A stretch of DNA of 11,321 nucleotides from Octopus sinensis. Lineage: Eukaryota. Shown here piece after piece: positions 7,751-11,321 of this stretch. Location: assembly GCF_006345805.1 (NCBI RefSeq), contig NW_021827035.1:1-11321 (forward strand). The letters are read 5' to 3'. The notes beneath the pieces were generated by a model. That model saw only the letters and a program-made list of their open reading frames with translations, had not been told where the DNA came from and did no database searches. The translations under genes and the position numbers were made by a program. Position 1 is the first letter of the stretch, and each line of letters starts with the position of its first letter.

Positions 7751-8457
7751 CATATATACGACAGGCTTCTTTCAGTTTCCGTCTACCAAATCCACTCACA
7801 AGGCATTGGTCGGCCCGGGGGCTATAAGCAAAACACTTGCCCAAGATGCCACGCAGTGGGACTGAACCCGGAACCATGTGGTTGGTAAGCAAGCTACTTA
7901 CCACACAACCACCCCTAAGTCTATATACATATATACGACATGCTTCTTTCAGTTTCCGTCTACCAAATCTACTCACAAGGCATCAGTCGGCCCGGGGCTA
8001 TAGCAGAAGACACTTGCCCAAGATGCCACGCAGTGGGACTGAACCCAGAACCATGTGGTTGGTTAGCAAGCTACTTACCACACAGCCACTCCTGCGCCTA
8101 TATAAATACATATATATGACAGGCTTCTTTCAGTTTCCGTCTACCAAATCCACTCACAAGGCATTGGTTGGCCCGGGGCTATAGCAGAAGACACTTGCCC
8201 AAGATGCCACGCAGTGGGACTGAACCCGGAACCATGTGGTTGGTTAGCAAGCTACTTACCACACAGCCACCCCTAAGTCTATATACATATATACGACAGG
8301 CTTCTTTCAGTTTCCGTCTACCAAATCCACTCACAAGGCATCGGTCGGCCCGGGGCTATAGCAGAAGACACTTGCCCAAGATGCCACGCAGTGGGACTGA
8401 ACCCGGAACCATGTGGTTGGTAAGCAAGCTACTTACCACACAGCCACTCCTGCGCCT
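7521..8457 (-). mobile_element. Family 1 SINE, four heads (ABAB) plus one body/tail
   Basis: Tail from 7521; body with an 18-nt deletion at ~7680; (CA)n ~7698-7732; heads ~7758-7922, 7935-8099, 8116-8280 and 8293-8457. Confidence 0.92.
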
Positions 8458-8659
8458 ATTTATATAATTATATTCTACAAAAATGACATCAGAATATGCA
8501 AAGCACCTTGGTTGTCCGTTGCCTCTCTTTACACGAAATTTCTTTTCGCCTGTATTTTTTTCACGAATTTTGACCGAAAACGTATAATTTCCTGGGTGCA
8601 GATTTACCTTCTGAATTTTTTAGACTTTTCGTTTGTTTCCCTTTTTCGTGGATGGTTAA

Positions 8660-9267
8660 TCAAAAAATGGAATTTGTATCATTGCGGTACCAGTGCCGGT
8701 GGCACATAAGATAACCATCCGAACGTGACCGTAGCCAGTACCGCATCGACTGGCCTCCGTGCTGAGGGCACGTAACAAACACAATCCGAGCGTGGCCGTT
8801 CGCCAGCCTCATCTGGCACCTGTGTCGGTGGCACATAAGAAAACACCATCCGAGCGTGGCCGTTCGCCAGCCTCATCTGGCACCTGTGTCGGTGGCACAT
8901 AAGAAAACACCATCCGAGCGTGGCCGTCTGCCAGCCTCGTCTGGCACCTGTGTCGGTGACACATAAGAAAACACCATCCGAGCGTGGCCGTCTGCCAGCC
9001 TCGTCTGGCACCTGTGTCGGTGGCACATAAAAAACACCATCCGAGCGTGGCCGTCTGCCAGCCTCGTCTGGCACCTGTGTCGGTGGCACATAAAATCACC
9101 CACTACACTCTCGGAGTGGTTGGCATTAGGAAAGGCATCCAGCTGTAGAAACACTGCCAGATCTGACTGGCCTAGTGCAGCCTTCGGGCTTGCCAGACCC
9201 CAGTTGAACCGTCCAACCCATGCTAGCATGGAAAGCGGACGTTAGACGATGATGATGATGATGATAA
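8660..9267 (+). mobile_element. Non-coding (GAT)n-tailed retroposon with internal VNTR, copy 2, with candidate TSD
   Basis: Homologous to 1933-2780. 3' palindrome ccatgctagcatgg (9218-9231) then (GAT)6 at 9248-9265. Flanks tggatggttaa (8649-8659) and tggatggattaa (9268-9279). Confidence 0.8.
8692..9092. repeat. GC-rich minisatellite, 6 units of 63-66 bp
   Basis: Anchor g(g/a)cac(a/g)ta at 8701, 8767, 8830, 8894, 8958, 9022 and 9085; the last four units are nearly identical. Confidence 0.95.
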
Positions 9268-9461
9268 TGGATGGATTAACAGATAAATAAACACTAAGTA
9301 ATTAAGGGTTTAGCAACGATTTGCCTCACCACACACCGAATTTAGAAATAGCAGTCAAAGAGTTATGGCTATTCTTTCTACTTAAAAGAGAGATCTCAGT
9401 AAAACCACAGCACTTAAAAGGCAAACGCAGGCAAAAGAGAAAGAAATGACAATCATTCTAT

Positions 9462-9631
9462 AGGTGTAGGAGTGGCTGTGTGGTAAGTAGCATGCTAACC
9501 AACCACATGGTTCCGGGTTCAGTCCCACTGCGTGGCATCTTGGGCAAGTGTCTTCTGCTAGAGCCCCGGCCGACCAATGCCTTGTGAGTGGATTTGGTAG
9601 ACGGAACTGAAAGAAGCTTGTCGTAATATGT

Positions 9632-9662
<31 letters not shown>

Positions 9663-9712
9663 TATATAATATATATTATAATATATATTATAATATATAT
9701 ATATAATATATT

Positions 9713-9785
<73 letters not shown>

Positions 9786-10195
9786 ATAGGCGCAGGAGTG
9801 GCTGTGTGGTAAGTAGCTTGCTAACCAACCACATGGTTCCGGTTCAGTCCCGCGTGGCATCTTGGCAAGTGTCTTCTGCTAGAGCCCCCGGGCCGACCAA
9901 TGCCTTTGAGTGGATTTGGTAGACGGAAACTGAAAGAAGCCTGTCGTATATATGTATATATATGTATATTATATGTGTGTGTGTGTTTGTGTGTCTGTGT
10001 TTGTCCCCCTAGCATTGCTTGACAACCGATGGTGGTGTGTTTACGTCCCCGTCGCTCAGCGGTTCGGCAAAAGAGACCGATAGAATAAGTACTGGGCTTA
10101 CAAAAGAATAAGTCCCGGGGTCGATTTGCTCGACTAAAGGCGGTGCTCCAGCATGGCCGCAGTCAAATGACTGAAACAAGTAAAAGAAAAAAAAA
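9462..10195 (+). mobile_element. Family 1 SINE, two heads separated by a very long (TA)n, plus body/tail
   Basis: Heads 9462-9623 and 9788-9945; body ~9975-10180; A-rich tail to 10195. Confidence 0.92.
9625..9787. repeat. Long imperfect (TA)n tract
   Basis: About 160 nt of A/T alternation. Confidence 0.95.
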
Positions 10196-10408
10196 TTAAG
10201 TCACCTTCGGACGTACGTTTCGAAATTAAGTCATAGGAAAGCATAAAAATTAAATAATTATGTCTTACCCGACTACTTTTCTCCTCAGCATAGGACTCTA
10301 CAATCATAAATGATTGTGTATTTAAATTTGGAGGCACTAGAAGGCATCACCTCAACTCAGTACCACCAAATTCAAAGTGTGAATGACAGTATGTGTCACC
10401 ATTCTCCG

Positions 10409-11122
10409 GGTGTTATTGTCGACAGTGATTTGCGTTGGACAAAACACATCGCCAAAATTGTCAAGAAGGCTGAGGGTGTCTTGGCATCACTCACCAAATC
10501 CTTTGTGAGCCGCTCTCCGGCTATCTATCTGCGGCTTTATATAGCTATGGTAAGACCTCACCTGGAATTTGCATCACCGGTCTGGAACCCCTATCTTGCC
10601 CAGGACATCAATCGTCTGGAAGCTGTTCAGCGACGTGCAACCAAAAGAATACCCTCCATCAGGCATTTGCCATATCCTGAACGCCTTACTTCCCTGGGCA
10701 TGGACACATTGAAACTCCGACGTCTGGCAGCTGACCTGGCAGACACTCATAAAATTATCAACCATCGCACAAACAATAACTCTGAGCACCTCTTCAAACT
10801 CCACCCATCTAACACCCGTGGACATATTTACAAAGTAAGAAAACAGCACAGCTCCCATGACTTCAGAAAACATTTTTTCACGCTGAGAGTTGCTGAAGCG
10901 TGGAACAAACTGCCGGCATCGGTTGTTAGTTGTCGGAGCACTGCATCCTTCAAGACTTCCATGCTTCCTGAGATTCGCCAACACTACACTTGATTTTCTC
11001 CCCTCCATACACACACAAGCATGTATCTGATTCATATACTGTTCACTTCCCAGACATTTCTACATTACTGCATGTACTTTATATGCACTTTCTGAGCACT
11101 GTATACAATAATTTCATTATTA
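10409..11122 (+). mobile_element. 5'-truncated CR1-clade LINE (family B, copy 2): ORF2 RT C-terminal region (open 10409-10993) plus 3' UTR
   Basis: GVIVDSDLRWTKHI..IVKKA...LYIAMVRPHLEFASPVWNPY...LEAVQRRATK...TRGH..K...RKHFFTLRV...WNKLP...F is the typical CR1 ORF2 end. No endonuclease or YADD region is present. 3' end ctgagcactgtatacaataatttcattatta. Confidence 0.93.
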
Positions 11123-11321
11123 CATATATATATATATATTTATTGAAATGGATAAATGAATTATCTTGTTACGGATTATTCAAAATTTAACCGATACCTG
11201 TGTAGCAAAAATCACACCAGAAAAGACACGGTTGAGGTTACGACCACCGTGCCTTAGCGCGGATAATTGAAGTTTTATATATTTAGTGAAGGGAAGAAAT
11301 GGAGCCGAACGAAATTCTACA

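Noticed and set aside
10269-10317. 29-nt minus-strand micro-exon candidate (10269-10297) and 8-bp palindrome acaatcat-aa-atgattgt (10300-10317)
   Set aside because: Weak polypyrimidine tract; motifs this short are expected by chance in AT-rich DNA.
10310-10408. N-terminal 33 aa of the 227-aa ORF as a real start
   Set aside because: LINE similarity begins only at GVIVD (10409). The upstream part is flanking DNA that happens to be open.
10574-11035. 153-aa antisense ORF
   Set aside because: Shadow frame of the CR1 ORF2 fragment with no independent features.
149-11122. Similar element sets (SINE, VNTR element, CR1) in the left and right halves suggesting a segmental duplication or composite transposon
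   Set aside because: Order and orientation differ, unique flanks do not match, and the CR1 and VNTR copies are different variants. Independent insertions of abundant families explain it.

Overview
Eukaryotic, repeat-saturated intronic or intergenic DNA, most likely Octopus or another coleoid cephalopod. That assignment rests on my recollection of these repeat families, not on a search. No intact host gene is visible, and almost all listed ORFs are read-throughs of repeats. Contents: (1) seven loci of one tRNA-derived, CORE-like SINE built as head-(TA)n/(TG)n-body-tail, in which the ~165-bp Pol III head is tandemly multiplied (1, 1, 2, 2, 2, 4 and 6 heads, never more than one body); (2) two opposite-orientation copies of a non-coding (GAT)n-tailed, probably RTE-mobilised element with an internal 61-66 bp VNTR; (3) three 5'-truncated CR1-group LINE ORF2 3' fragments; (4) a 5'-truncated second SINE; (5) a composite 81/167-bp satellite; (6) a G-quadruplex motif, a 34-bp-arm hairpin and long (TA)n tracts; (7) one weak candidate minus-strand exon. 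The most unusual signals are the multi-head SINE arrays and the VNTR-bearing non-autonomous element. I see no evidence for a new protein-coding system.
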